Source of the DNA: Octopus vulgaris
Taxonomy: Eukaryota
Direction: 5' to 3'
Assembly: GCA_951406725.2 (NCBI GenBank)
Contig: OX597829.1
Span: forward strand, 5,518,001 to 5,582,000
Length of the DNA: 64,000 nt
In this document: positions 26,617 to 40,503 of the stretch, one piece after another
Layout: each line of letters begins with the position of its first letter
How positions within the stretch are numbered: the stretch's first letter is position 1
Notes under the pieces: generated by a model
What the model saw: the letters and a program-made list of their open reading frames with translations, nothing else
What the model was told of the DNA's origin: nothing
Databases searched by the model: none
Made by a program: the position numbers and the translations under genes

Positions 26617-27310
26617 TATGTATGTATGTATGTATGTATGTATGTATGTATGTATGTATGTATGTATGTATGTATGTATGTATGTATGTATGTATGTATG
26701 TATGTATGTATGTATTTATGTATGTGTGTATGTATGTATGTATGTATGTATGCATGCATGTATGTATGTATATATGTGTATGTATGTATGTATGTATGTA
26801 TGTATGTATGTGTGTGTGTATTTATGTATGTATGTATGTATGTATGTTTGTGTGTATGTATGTATGTGTATGTATGTATGCATGTATGTATGTATGTATG
26901 TATGTGTGTGTATGTATGTATGCATGTATGTATGCATGTACGTATGTATGTATGTAGATTTGTATGTTTCATATATGTATTCTCATGCATATGGTTGTAT
27001 TCAAATGATGTATGTATGTATGTATGTGTGTGTATGTATGTATGCATGTATGTATGTATGTATGTATGTATGTATGTATGTATGTATGTGTGTGTGTATG
27101 TATGTATGCATGCATGTATGTATGTATGTATGTATGTATGTATGTATGTATGTATGCACGTATGTATGCATGTATGTATGTATGTGTTGATTTGTATTTA
27201 TGTATCTATGTATGTTTGTATGTACGTATGTATGTACGTATGTATATATGTATGTATGTCTGTATGTATGTCTGTATGTCTGTCTGTCTGTCTGTCTGTC
27301 TGTATGTATA
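26617..27310. repeat. (TATG)n microsatellite
   Basis: Directly visible. Confidence 0.95.
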
Positions 27311-27365
27311 TATCTAAACATGCTCATATGTATTTAAATGATAAACTTCTGGAAGGTTTTATAGA

Positions 27366-27892
27366 TTTCTGTCGTCTGAGTCAATCGTAAAAATTGACCC
27401 ACCGGATTTCCTCACGAAAGAAGGTAAGCAATGTTTTCTCGCAGTAGTAGCAATGACGAAAGAGGTGGTATGGAAGTCGCGAATGAAAGGTTTGGCGACA
27501 GGCAACCTCATCTCCGGTCTCGGGTTGGTGAAATTTTTTATCTTCCACCTTAAAAGGAAGGTGAGGCTGGAGAGAAGATGCCTGTCAAAGAAAATGTTCA
27601 AAGAAAGATGGTCGCATGTTGCGAGGGTGCTGGGAATGAAAGATTCCTCGTAAACATGACATAAGTCTGAATACAAAAGTTTCAGTAGGATAATGGGGCT
27701 CGTGGGGTCGGAGCGTAACCCATCTCTCTGCTTCATTTCATGTTTGTATTTCGTCCTTGTATCTCATTCGATTCCATTCGATTTCATTATATTTTGTAAA
27801 ATTTTAAAAGTCATATAATCATTGTGTGTCTGACCCCAATCAGGCTGTATTGTCCCCCTCTATGTTTGGGCACTTGTGGCTAATAAAGAAAT
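27366..27892 (+). mobile_element. L1/Tx1-like LINE 3' end (ORF2 C-terminus and 3' UTR)
   Basis: Open frame LSSESIVKIDPP..CFLAVVAMTKEVVWKSRMKG..FHLKRKVRLERRCLSKKMFKERW, carrying the K..VW..R and F..RW pattern of L1/Tx1 C-termini. UTR ends in AATAAAGAAAT. Confidence 0.7.
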
Positions 27893-28322
27893 TGGATCTG
27901 TAGTCTTCGAATTAGCTTTCTCCATTCTGATTTAGAGAAGCCTAATTTCTCAAGATTGGTATTTCGGCAGTGTGCTACATATCCTAGGGCCCCAATAATT
28001 ACAGCTATAAACCTGAACTTGTAATCTGGATAGAGTAACTACAGATTTCTCAATAGTTCAGCATGGTATTCTCTTTTTCACTGATCTTCAGCTTTATGTT
28101 AACCTCTACTGAGCTTCTAATTTCCACAACTGTGCACAGTTTCTCTCTCTATCCCAAATCATTATATCAGGTCTGTTGTGCTTACATTTTATTGAGGTTT
28201 TCACTGGGACATTCCTCCAGTATTTATTTTTATTATGAGTGGCTATGGTTTCTGCCATATTGTGGATTCTTATTTCTTTGTGCTCGGGATTATCTTTCCA
28301 GCGGATTTCATTATAGAGTGTC
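27893..28322 (-). mobile_element. RLE-type LINE endonuclease fragment
   Basis: KTLYNEIR..KYWRNVPVKTSIKCKHNRPDIMIWDRE (RPD motif), then degenerate. Abuts (TATG)n at 28325-28552. Confidence 0.8.
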
Positions 28323-28754
28323 TTGTATGTATGTATGTATGTATGTATGTATGTATGTATGTATGTATGTATGTATGTATGTATGTATCTGTATGTGTGT
28401 ATGTATGTATGTATGTATGTATGTATGTATGTATGTATGTATTTCATGTATGTGTGTATGTATGTATGTATGTATGTATGTATGTATGTATGTATGTATG
28501 TATGTATGTATGTGTGTATGTATGTATGTATGTATGTATGTATGTATGTATGCTTGTAAATTAACACACCACAAAAATAAGAAAGTATAAACCTAAACGG
28601 ACAGATATGGAAATCAATGAAAAGGAGATCGAATGAATCACTGCAGCTGTTTAGTATTAGAAGAGAACCGAAAGTTAAAGAAGTTTTCTCAAAGAAGAAA
28701 CAAAGTAAAACTTTCGAAATCTTTCCTTATTTCACAGATTTTTCTTCCTTTAAA

Positions 28755-28844
28755 TTTCTTTCTTTCTTTTTTCTATCTTTCTTTCTCTTCCTTCCATCTT
28801 TCTTTCTTTCCTTCTTTCTTGTTTTCGTTCTTTCTCCCTTTTTT

Positions 28845-28892
<48 letters not shown>

Positions 28893-28894
28893 TC

Positions 28895-28925
<31 letters not shown>

Positions 28926-28986
28926 TCCGTCTTTCTTTCTTTTCTTCCTTCTTTCTTTCTTTCTTCTTTCTTTCTTTCTTTCTTTT

Positions 28987-29022
<36 letters not shown>

Positions 29023-29121
29023 TTTTCTTTTTCTTCCTTCCTTCTTCTTCCTTCCTTTCTTTCCTTCTTTCTTTCTTTCTTTCTTTCTTTCTTCTTCTTA
29101 CCTTCCTTCCTTCCTTCCTTC

Positions 29122-29183
<62 letters not shown>

Positions 29184-29350
29184 CTGTCGTTCTTTCTTTC
29201 TTTCTTTCTCTTTCTTCTTAGTTTCTTTCTTTCATTCGTTCTTTCTCTGTCGTTCTCTTTCCCTCCTTCTTTCTCACTGTCTATCGTTCTCTCATTTTCT
29301 CCCTCGCTTCTTCTCCCCCCCTCTCTCTTTCTCTTGCTCTCCCTCTCTGT
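28755..29350. repeat. (CTTT)n polypyrimidine tract
   Basis: Directly visible. Confidence 0.95.
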
Positions 29351-29669
29351 CTGTAAATATATTGTTTATGTAACAGGTATAATCAAACCACGCACACACA
29401 GATATGAACACACAAATACAGACACGCACGTAAACATATATACACGCACGTAAATATACACGCACGTAAACATATATACACAGCTATACGAACATGCAGT
29501 ATAACGATTAACAAGAGGCAACTTACAAAAACCCTTACAACCGACGAATAGATATGAAGGGATCATGGAAGGGATCATGTAGTGTTGCAAAGGAAGAGTT
29601 CATGGAATAAAATTTTAATATATAAAAATTAAGAAATTTGAAGCGTCAGCTTTTGAGTTTCAAATTGTG

Positions 29670-30170
29670 GCTCAGGGCCAGCAATTTCTGGATAGTGAAG
29701 TACATTACATTGACTCTAGTGTTCAACTCGTACTTTATTCGTCGACTTCGAAAGAACGAAAGGCAAAGTCGACCTTGGTGGATTTTGAACTCAGAACAAA
29801 GATGGACGAAAAGCCACTTCGCATTTGGCAGAGCACATTAACCATGCTGCCAGCTCGCCGTCTTTTTCTGAGTTATGAATATCGGTTTCAAATGTTGGCA
29901 CATAACTAATGTCCTCGGGGAAGGGGTTCAGTCGATATCGATCCCGGTGTTCAACTGGTACTTATTTTATCGGCCCCGAAAGGATGAATGCAAAGATGTG
30001 TGTGTGTATGTGTTTGTGTGTCTGTGTTTGTCCCCCTAGCATTGCTTGACAACCGATGCTGGTGTGTTTACGTCCCCGTCACCGAAATTTGAACTCGGGG
30101 CATAATGATGGACCAAATGCCGATAAGTATTTTGCCAGACGTGCTAATGGTTCTGCCAGCTCGCCACCTT
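29670..30170 (-). mobile_element. Two tandem SINE family C copies; the second is interrupted by a family A segment
   Basis: Core actggtacttattttatcg..cccgaaaggatgaa and head ctgccagctcgcc each occur twice. Family A piece at 29997-30082. Confidence 0.75.
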
Positions 30171-30346
30171 CTTCCTGAGTTATAAATTTTAACACGAGAT
30201 ATTAGTTAAACAGTTACAAAGAAATATTTCTCTACCTCAACACAAGGAGTAAAATCCAAATGAAAATCACACTTAATACGATAGACTTAATACGATAGTC
30301 TTAACTACCCAACTAACTATTTAATTGCCGTTCTTTTTCAACATAA

Positions 30347-30912
<566 letters not shown>

Positions 30913-30989
30913 TAATGCAATACTAATAGGCACGAGTAATTTAAAAGTCAAAGTGTTAATTTGTAGGGAGGCCACTATGTAATCGATAT

Positions 30990-31290
30990 ATTGTCTAACA
31001 TTTATATATTGTGCCATATCCAAACTTTGTGGCGTCCTTTGTAACTGAGGAAACGGATCGTCGCCTTTCCGATTGCTTTCAGGAGCGCATTCCAGGTGTG
31101 CTACTCTGCATGATAGACCAACCCGTTACTGCCTTCAACGTTACGGGCCATTCCATTGGTCGTGTGTTTGCACGCGTCGAAGCCAGCCACGATTGAATAA
31201 CACTCGCACAGACGCGGACAGGCCAACATTTCATATTCGAAGTTGACACCATTACACTAACAGTCTGAAAGGAATATTTCTACAGCAACT
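30990..31290 (+). mobile_element. Penelope-like GIY-YIG endonuclease remnant
   Basis: IYC..KLCGVL..EETDRRLSDCFQER..DQPVTAFNVTGHSI matches the IYC.C..C..YIGET.RRL..RF.EH...PVA.HFN..GHS pattern. Confidence 0.75.
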
Positions 31291-31649
31291 CTTAAATCAT
31301 TTATCCTTTTCTTATCGTTCAACTCCTCTCTAACTTAATCTTTCCCTTTCACCTCACTCTCGACTTCCTCCGCTTCTCTTCTACCATTTCCTCTTTCCGT
31401 TTCCATTTTCCGCCGCACTGTTTCTCCCTCCCACCACTTCCAGTCCAAGTATGACTCTCGCTATGCCCTGCGTTCCTTATCAGTTAAGTTACATTAAGAA
31501 AAAAATGAATTTAGACGATATTTTTAAACTCTGCTGTATCTCATCAATGTCTTTCCTTTCATCTATTCTCTCAAGAAAGATTCTGTCCGAAACGTTGGAT
31601 TTTTCAGTCCTCTTTTTATCTATTTTACTAAATAACATAACTTTTTTCG

Positions 31650-31999
31650 ACGCAGACCAACGCCTGTCACTGTGGAGTTTGATTACGTTTATATAAACAC
31701 CGCAGCATTGTGTGCATGGGACGGAATGATGGTGGATCTTGTATAGCTTCAGCAACAAAACAGAGATGAAGAACTAGATCAAACCAGGATTATGCCAACC
31801 GAATATTTGTGATAACTACGAAAGGCAAGAACCAGAAGCAAACTGGCACCGGGTTTCTTCCAATGCCTCTCCTTATTAGACATATCAACCATTCCTGGAC
31901 ACACTTTCTGTTGCCTGGAGAACATGAATAACGCTTGTAGTAAGAGACTAAAAAGTGATTCGTACGGAAGCATTAAACCCCAAAAGATAAAAGTGGACG
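31650..31999 (-). pseudogene. Decayed EGF/laminin-EGF-like pseudo-exon
   Basis: Acceptor actttgtttag (AG at 32000-32001), then RPLLSFGV*CFRTNH..SCSPGNRKCVQEW. Paralogs at 40190-40503 and 42870-43175. Confidence 0.4.
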
Positions 32000-32282
32000 C
32001 TAAACAAAGTAATATACATCCATGCTATATAACAAAAGAAAGACAACTTATAACGGCATGTAGAAACAAAATATCAGATTAAAATAAATTGTGACTGCGT
32101 AAGAAATTGTTACAAAACAGTATATCGAAAAATAATGGTAACTAACTTCCCTTCATATGTAAAACATCCTGCTGTATTTCCGAATTGGAGTCTATGAATA
32201 ATTATATTTTCCATGAAGTATTAAAAAAGATGATTTCAATTTTATGGTAATCATTTTTCTTCATTTTTATTTTATATATATA

Positions 32283-32648
32283 CTAGCAGTATCGCCCGGC
32301 GTTGCTCGGGTTTGTAAGGGAAATAACTATATAAGCATTTTTAGAGAGCTATAGCCCAAAAATGGGAAAAGAAATGATGGTAAATTTTTTTTAAATCGTT
32401 GACTCATCGTAGACATTTTTAGAGAGTTACTTCCCATATAGAATAGCGAAAAAAATGCATTAAAATGGAAATAAATGATGGTAAATTTTTTTTTTAAATC
32501 GTAGACTCATCGTAGACGCGCGCTAATACCCAGAAGGGCTCGATATGAATCACGACTATATGATACCCGGTTTTGGTTAAACTGCATCGCAAAATGTGGG
32601 AGTAGTTAGGAATCTAAATCGTAGGAGACAGACACACAACTTGACTTT

Positions 32649-32655
<7 letters not shown>
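32283..32655 (-). mobile_element. Non-autonomous Helitron
   Basis: CTAG 3' end at 32283-32286 with hairpin cccggcgttgctcggg; body is the reverse complement of parts of 50514-51027. Confidence 0.85.
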
Positions 32656-32704
<49 letters not shown>

Positions 32705-32706
<2 letters not shown>

Positions 32707-33070
32707 ATCTTTTCGGTTTGAACGGCAGTTTTTTCTAGCGGTGTCATATGAAATTGTCACCCATAATCATGACCCTAGTATCGATCTATTGCATTTCAAT
32801 CTTTTTTAGGGTTAGGGGTGGGGGGAAGGGTATCTTTTTTTCTTCACAAATGTAAATAAACCCAATCTGTTTCTTAAACGAGGGGCATATTCATACGGCA
32901 CAGAATGCTTTTTAACTCAATAGACGTCACTGATTGGTTGAAATTGCAGAAATTGAAGAAGAAAAAACAACAAATATCTTACAAACTATAGAATTTTCTC
33001 AATAAAGCCAATAGACAAAGATGTTTTATAAACACATTCTACCAGTATACGAAGTTTAAAAGTGTTTAGT
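32705..33070. mobile_element. MITE copy lacking the right TIR
   Basis: Collinear with 25901-26260. Confidence 0.85.
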
Positions 33071-33977
33071 TTAACTGAGGTTCTTAACTGCTTATTGATA
33101 ACATGCGAATATTTCTTTTAATTTCATCAATATTTTACTCCATTCCATGAACACTTCCGCTTCACCTCAACATCTATAAATTAACGCTTCGTATTCAACT
33201 GTGATTTTTAAAATCTTTTGTTTGTGTTAAGTATTTTTTTTTTTTACGTGAATCTTTGTAATTATGTGTGAGTGTGTGTATCCATGTCTGCTTGTGTGTA
33301 TTTTCGATGTATTCATGTTTGTGTGTGTATTCTCGATGTATGCATGTATGTGTTTGAGTTTATGTGTGTCTTCTTTCCCCGCCGACCCGTCCAAGTTCGT
33401 TCCTTTGGCTGTGGTTTCTTTCTCTACAAAGTATTTTTCATTTTGACAAGAAAATTGTTACAAAGTTTAGAAAGTTTTAGAAATCAAAATTATGAGAACT
33501 ATCAGTAAATTTATTCTATGAAGGAATGCGGTGACTGAGGACAAAGCAAAATGTTCCTTTCGATGTTAATACGCCACAAGAAATATGAAATGTTAGTAAA
33601 CCTTCATTCAGGGTTAGATGTGGAAGTCATTGAAAAAGGGACCAAATAATTTCACAGCAGTTGTCTGGAATTCGAAGTAAGCTAGAATGTCGAAGAAATT
33701 TTCTCGAAAGTAGAACAGAATTAAATTTTTCATTCATTATTGTCACATTTATCTTTTTATCGTTGAGTCTGTCATTCATCCTCTCCCTCTCAATCTCTGT
33801 CTGTCAGTCTGTCTCTCTGTCTCTCTCTCTCCCCTCTCTTTCTCTCTCTCCTCCTCCTGTGGATGTGTGCGTGCGTTTGTTTTGAAATATATTGCTCACA
33901 TAATATATACCAAACTATGCGCACGCACACATGAACACGCAGTAAGACAGACATACACGCACACAAACACACATACA

Positions 33978-34091
<114 letters not shown>

Positions 34092-34244
34092 CACGCAATG
34101 TAGCAACAGACAACAAACAAAAGCTTTGGCGGTTAAAATATGGAGAAGTTGTAGACGCGCGACGGAAGTTTTTCCTTTGATAGAATTTAAAGAGAAAATA
34201 AAGTAAGAAATACGAAGCATCAGCTTCAGAGCTGTAAATATTCA

Positions 34245-35510
34245 GGATCTTTTCGGTTTGAACGGCAGTTTTTTCTAGCGGTGTTGTATGAAATTGTTAC
34301 CCATAATTATGACCCTAGTATCGATCTATTGCATTTCAATCTCTTTTAGGGTTAGGGTTAGGGGTGGGGGAAGGTATCTTTTTTTCTTCAGAAATGTAAA
34401 TTGGGTTTATTCACATTTCAACCAATCAATGAGGTCCATTGAGGTAAAAAACATTCTGTGCCGTATGAATATGTCCTTCGTTTAAGAAACAGATTGGGTT
34501 TAGTTACATTTGTGAAGAAAAAAAGATACCCTTCCGCCCACCCCTAACCCTAACCCTAAAATAGATTGAAATGCAATAGATCGATTCTAGGGTCATAATT
34601 CTGTTCTACTTTCGAGAAAATTTCTTCGACATTCTAGCTTACTTCGAATTCCAGACAACTGCTGTGAAATTATTTGGTCCCTTTTTCAATGACTTCCACA
34701 TCTAACCCTGAATGAAGGTTTACTAACATTTCATATTTCTTGTGGTGTATTAACATCGAAAGGAACATTTTGCTTTGTCCTCAGTCACCGCATTCCTTCA
34801 TAGAATAAATTTACTGATAGTTCTCATAATTTTGATTTCTAAAACTTTCTAAACTTTGTAACAATTTTCTTGTCAAAATGAAAAATACTTTGTAGCGAAA
34901 GAAACCACAGCCAAAGGAACGAACTTGGACGGGTCGGCGGGGAAAGAAGACACACATAAACTCAAACACATACATGCATACATCGAGAATACACACACAT
35001 ACATGAATACATCGAAAATACACACAAGCGGACATGGATACACACACTCACACATAATTACAAAGACTCACGTAAAAAAAAAAAATACTTAACACAAACA
35101 AAAGATTTTAAAAATCACAGTTGAATACGAAGCGTTAATTTATAGATGTTGAGGTGAAGCGGAAGTGTTCATGGAATGGAGTAAAATATTGATGAAATTA
35201 AAAGAAATATTCGCATGTTATCAATAAGCAGTTAAGAACCTCAGTTAAACTAAACACTTTTAAACTTCGTATACTGGTAGAATGTGTTTATAAAACATCT
35301 TTGTCTATTGGCTTTATTGAGAAAATTCTATAGTTTGTAAGATATTTGTTTGTAAGATATTGCAGAAATTGAAGAAAAACAACAACAAATATCTTACAAA
35401 CTATAGAATTTTCTCAATAAAGCCAAGAGAAAAAGATGTATACGAAGTTTAGAATTTTTTAGTTACCTAGAAATTATGTTAAAAAACTGCCGTTCAAACC
35501 GAAAAGATCC
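34245..35510. mobile_element. Rearranged MITE enclosing an inverted copy of 32969-33724
   Basis: Left TIR at 34245, right TIR ending at 35510. Inverted MITE interior at about 34415-34600 and inverted neighbouring DNA at 34596-35350. Confidence 0.85.
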
Positions 35511-35717
35511 AGCATTTCATCATATTAATACGTATTCCCTATTGGGTACTCCGTGTTGGGATCAATTCGTGAATGTATCCGTAACTCGAGGTAGAGTTTT
35601 ATTCATAGCATAGAAATATTGTCCAAATTTTCTTCCAATTTCATTCAATTATTTGACTAATTCCGTTGCAACTTTACATCTTCAAATGTGCGATTAATAT
35701 TAAAACGTCGTTTGGAA

Positions 35718-35940
35718 GGTGGTCAGCTTACGGATTCGTCAGCACATCCGGCAAAATGCTAAAAGCGGCATTTCGTGTGTCTCTAAGTTCCGACTTCAAA
35801 TTCCGCCGATGTCCACTTTGCTTTTCATTCTTCTTTCTGAGTCGATAAAATAAGTACCAGTTGAATACTGGGGTCAATGTGATCAACTTATTCCCCCCTC
35901 CCCTGAAATTGCTGGCCTTGAGCCAAAATTTGAAACCAAT
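35718..35940 (+). mobile_element. SINE family C, diverged
   Basis: ttcaaattccgccga..ctttgcttttcattc..gtcgataaaataagtaccagttg. Confidence 0.7.
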
Positions 35941-37044
35941 ATTAAAAGGTCATTTGTCAGAAATGTTGCTTATTTTACATCTGAGCATTTTGATGAGTGT
36001 GCGTCTTTGTAACTCTCTGAGTGAGTGTGTAATTGTGCGGACGTGAGGGTCAACGTTCGTTTACCATTTATGGGTTTTTGTGCTCGTGTGTTTTGTATCT
36101 ATCAATGTGTGTGTGTGTGTGTGTGTGAGCGGGGGTGCTTTACTTATATTTTGACAAAAAAAAAAACAGTTACAAAATTTGGCAAAATATGAAATGATGG
36201 GAAACCTAACCGGACGAATGTGGGAATCAATGCAAAGGAGACCAAAGAAATATCCAAGAAGCAGAAACAAAGTAATTTTTTCGTCCTTTTTTCTTTTCTT
36301 TTTCTTTGATTTTTATTTTTGTTTTTGGGTTTTCTCTCTCTCAGTTCTCTGCCTTCATGTTTATTTGTCTGTCTGTTTGTCTGTCTCTCTCCTCTCACTT
36401 TTTTGGGCCCTTAACTTCTTACACTCTAACGGAGCCCTATTCTGGATTCAGACCAGAGTGTCCGTGTATGCAGCTGCAGGAACGTCTCAGGTGGGGAAGC
36501 AGTGTGTGTCATGCTTGGCCACACTGGAAGCTTAGTCTTTATTTAGTAATATGTTTATAAGCTAAGAAAAAAAAAAAAAAAGAAAAGAAAAGCCATATTA
36601 TGCAATCCCACAGTTTATACATTCAGATTCCGGTGTGTGTTTTATGATTATAATTTGTATGAAACGAGTTCGTTGATTGTAAACTATTTTCCTTAAACTA
36701 GTCACATTATGACTCATTGAAATATTTCATTGTTCGAACTGAATAATTTCAATACTGCTGTTTAATGAAGATAGGAAATAAACAGGACTCAATACTGTAC
36801 TTTATGAATAAAATCTTACCCTTTTTGCCTAATTATTGAATAATGACAACAGTCAATCTCCAGCATCTTGTTTTTTCTTTTTTTTTATAATTTTAAATAA
36901 TATTCGAAATTCTCATGCGTGTTGGGAACGTGGTTCTTCAGTAAAGATTTCCTTGCCTTCTTTAAAATATCGGCATATATAAGTATTGAATTGTAATTTC
37001 TTACTTCATCGTTGAGTCTGTCATTCATCCTCTCCCTCTCAATC

Positions 37045-37079
<35 letters not shown>

Positions 37080-37239
37080 GTCTCTCTCTCTCCCCTCTCT
37101 TTCTCTCTCTCCTCCTCCTGTGGATGTGTCCGTGCGTTTGTTTTGAAATATATTGCTCACATAGTATATACCAAACTATGCGGGATGTGTTGTAGGAAAA
37201 CATGAATATGATAGTAATAAATGAAAGAAAATATCCTAA

Positions 37240-37375
37240 AATATGTTTTGACTTCGCAAGTAGAGACGTGTGTTTCGGTGGTAATGAATATAACGTTACC
37301 AAAACCGCCTTGGAAAATGTCAAAACTGGGTTTGGTGATTGTAAAATATCTCCATAATACAATCTTCTTTAACAG
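37240..37375 (-). pseudogene. Possible F-type lectin / galactose-binding-domain C-terminal pseudo-exon
   Basis: GFGNVIFITTETHVSTCEVKTY resembles the ..LCEVEVY terminus of F-type lectin-like domains. Confidence 0.3.
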
Positions 37376-39544
37376 ACGATAGCATATCACAATCTTCTAT
37401 CGTGATTAACGTATTAAACACAATTAATATGAAATTCATTGATGCTTGTTGAATAAGGGAAAATACGAAATAATAGCAAAGTCGGATTGCTTTTTGTTGA
37501 AGTTAATTTATAAATTATTACATCACCATAGAAACATTTCAAAGGAAATAATTTAAAACCCCATTTGTCTGTTTAGAATATAAAACAGGCTTAAAGATAA
37601 TGCATGCAAAAGAGAAATATTTAAAATAATTTCCTAAGAAATATTCGAAAAGTTCTACAGCATATTTTTCTGTCAAGGGAAGTCACTCTGCCTTTTTATT
37701 TTTATAAGACTTCAATAATGGAATTTCAGACAGTTTTACAAATATTGTAAGAAAGGTTTATTCCACAACCATCTGCGCGCGAGGCGCTCCTCGCGAATGC
37801 GGATTCGTGAGATGGCTGTGATCTGTACAGTTTTGTGTTGGAACCAGAAAAAGAACTTTGAACTCGCAATGCGCATGTGCACACCGAATTCGTAAAAACG
37901 TAATGTCAAACAAAATTATATGATCGTCTGACACGAGTATCACGCAGCTTTGCGGCAGATTTCTTGTTTTTAATTATCAGGTTTGGATATTATTTCGTCG
38001 TTTATTCGCAAATTTTGATATCACATTTGAAAATAAGTAATTCTCTATAAATAACAAATGTCTGTCTCCACAACATTTAGACATTTATTGCATTAAGATA
38101 TCAAAATGTTCGACATATATCGTGTAAGTCTTTCCATTTTTATTATAACAGTTTGAAAATATACATTCGCGTGTGTTTGTGTGTGTAGCAGCAGATTGAT
38201 GAAATATTTCATCATATTAGAACCTATTCCTTTTTGTTGCCCTCCACCCACCTCCCGAGATCGATAAGTAAATGATCACGTAGCGTGGAATATCGACTCA
38301 TTGATAACAATACGAGTAATTTTTTAAAAAATATTAACGTTTATTTTTTATAAACCCCTCCGTCGCACCCCTACCACCTCTTCAAATAAGCTCTTCTTAT
38401 TCAACTGACTTTTGTAAGAATTTTTGTTTATTGTGTTGCGAAGCATTTTGGTATGTACTTGCGTGTTAATATATATGTGTGACTCTGTAGTTGTATGTAT
38501 GTGGTGGTCATCGTTCACTTATGTGTGTTTGTGTGTATTTTCAATGTACGTATGAATGCATAAAAGTATGCAAGTATGTATATATTGATGCATATATTCA
38601 TGTGTGTGATGTGTATATGCTGTGATTCTATGTATGCGTGAGTGTGCATGTGTTTTGAGTCACTGCGTGTGTTTTTGTGATTTGCTTTTCATTTTGACAA
38701 TTGTGAAGTTTATAAAATTTTAGAAACCAGAATTATGAGAAATATCAGTAAACTATTTTGTTAAGAAGGTGATGACTTAGGATATAAGAAAATGTTCCCA
38801 TCGATCTTAACAGACCACAAAAAGATATGAGAGCCCAGTAAACCTGAACGGACAAAAGGGGAAATGAAAGAAAAGCAAATATTTCACAGCAGCTGTTAGA
38901 AAGTTAGAATGCCAGAGACATTTTATCAAAGAAGAAACACAAAGTAAAACTTTCCATATCTTCCCCTCCTTCATATTTTTTTCTTTCCTTAATTTTTAGC
39001 TTTCTTTGTTTCTTTCTCTTTCTATCTCTCCCCTCTCTCAGTCTCTCTTCCTCTCACTTCCCCGCTATCTCTCCCTCTATGTCTTTGTCTCTTTGTCATT
39101 CTCTCTCTCTCTCTCTTTCTCTTTCACTCACTCTGCGGTGTGTGTGTTTGTATATTGGACACAAATATACTCGCACACAGACACACAAATACAGCTATAC
39201 ATACGCAGTGTATAACTCTTAACAACATACAATAAACAAAACCTCTTCCACAAAACGGATAAATTTGAAGAGGTTTCAGACGTTCATGAAATAAGATTAA
39301 AATTGAATAAAACTTGAGCAGTAGGTGGAGGCATCGGCTTCACAAGCGATATCAGTAAACATGCCAGAAATGGAATATTTATCGCCCACAACACAGAGAG
39401 TGAAAACCAAAAGAAATAGCACTTATATTAATCTAACCCATTAATTATTTGATTACAGTTCGTTTTCAACATAATACAAAAAGATAAGGCGCGTATAATT
39501 TATAGGTTTAGTTGTTAATTTTTGTGGGAGGTCACTATTTAATA

Positions 39545-39855
39545 CATCGTCTAACAATATACAATAATATGTTGTATCTATGCATTCATTGTGACGTCCT
39601 TTACATTTAAGGAAACAGGTTGACGCCTTGACAATCTCTTTCGGGAGCTGGTATAAAGCATACCACTGCATATGCCAGGCCAACCTGTAACCACCCACAT
39701 CAATTGCACTGGCCATTCCATCACTCAGTTATCAGTGTGTGGAATCTCTGCTCACCATCGATTTCCATATTCTCACAGAAACGAAAATGACAATGTTTCG
39801 TATTTGAATTTGGCACCATGTCACTGACAGGCTTAAACGGACGCTTTTCCTTCTA
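39545..39855 (+). mobile_element. Penelope-like GIY-YIG endonuclease remnant (paralog of 30990-31290)
   Basis: IICCI.CIHCDVLYI-ETG*RLDNLFRE..GQPVTTHINCTGHSITQLSVCGI..FEFGTMSLTGLNGRFSF*. Confidence 0.8.
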
Positions 39856-40189
39856 ATCCTATTCCTCCTTTTAGATCATTAAACCTCTGATTATCTTTCA
39901 ACTCTCACCTCATCTTTTCCCTTCTCATCAGTCTCGACTTTGCCTCCAGCTCCTCCTTCAATTCCTCTTTCCGTCAGTCTTTCCCAAACCGTTTCTCTCT
40001 CTCCTGCGACTTCCTGTTCAAGCCCACGCAGTCCTGCGCTTCTTATCAGTTGCTGTCAGTTTTTGTTTTAGCTTAGAAAATGTAAAACTCTGTTATGATT
40101 CTTTCATTTCTCGCCTTTTTGTCTGAAACGTTGGATTTTCGGTTCCCAGGGCAAATTTACTGTAATTTACCAAATAATTCAAGACTTGT

Positions 40190-40503
40190 TAACGCAGACT
40201 AATACCAATCTTTTTTGAATCTGCTCTTAGAACGGGGTGCTGGATCTGGTTGTAGCCTGATGAAGAAATCTGAGAAAAGAAACTGAGCCAAGATTTGTTA
40301 TAATGAATAGTCGTATAACTAAGAATGCCCAGTGTCACTAGCATATTTCTCACTGGTTTCCTAGCACGTCTGTCGTTATTGAACTAACCATCCACTCATG
40401 GATACACCATCTGATTTCTAGAACACAAGAATCACTTTTGAAGAGTGTAGGCGAAAACTGATTCCTATAGGTTCGTATAACTCAAAGAATATAAGTGGAC
40501 ACT
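40190..40503 (-). pseudogene. Decayed EGF-like pseudo-exon
   Basis: Acceptor ttttatttcgtttag (AG at 40504-40505), then CPLIFF..SCV..SDGVSMSGW..QTC*E..TGHS. Confidence 0.4.

Noticed and set aside
28617-29453. Phe/Leu/Ser-rich membrane-protein-like ORFs
   Set aside because: Translations of the (CTTT)n tract.
31570-31605. Hammerhead remnants downstream of the Penelope EN fragments (gaaacgttgg, also at about 40125)
   Set aside because: GAAAC half is present but the CUGANGA box and stems are not recognisable.
31779-31973. Small conserved protein MxxYESxF...LxFRxY shared with ORF 42933-43148
   Set aside because: Similarity reflects DNA-level paralogy. The third copy at 40.3-40.5 kb has several stops in this frame, and another frame matches splice-acceptor plus EGF-like patterns better.
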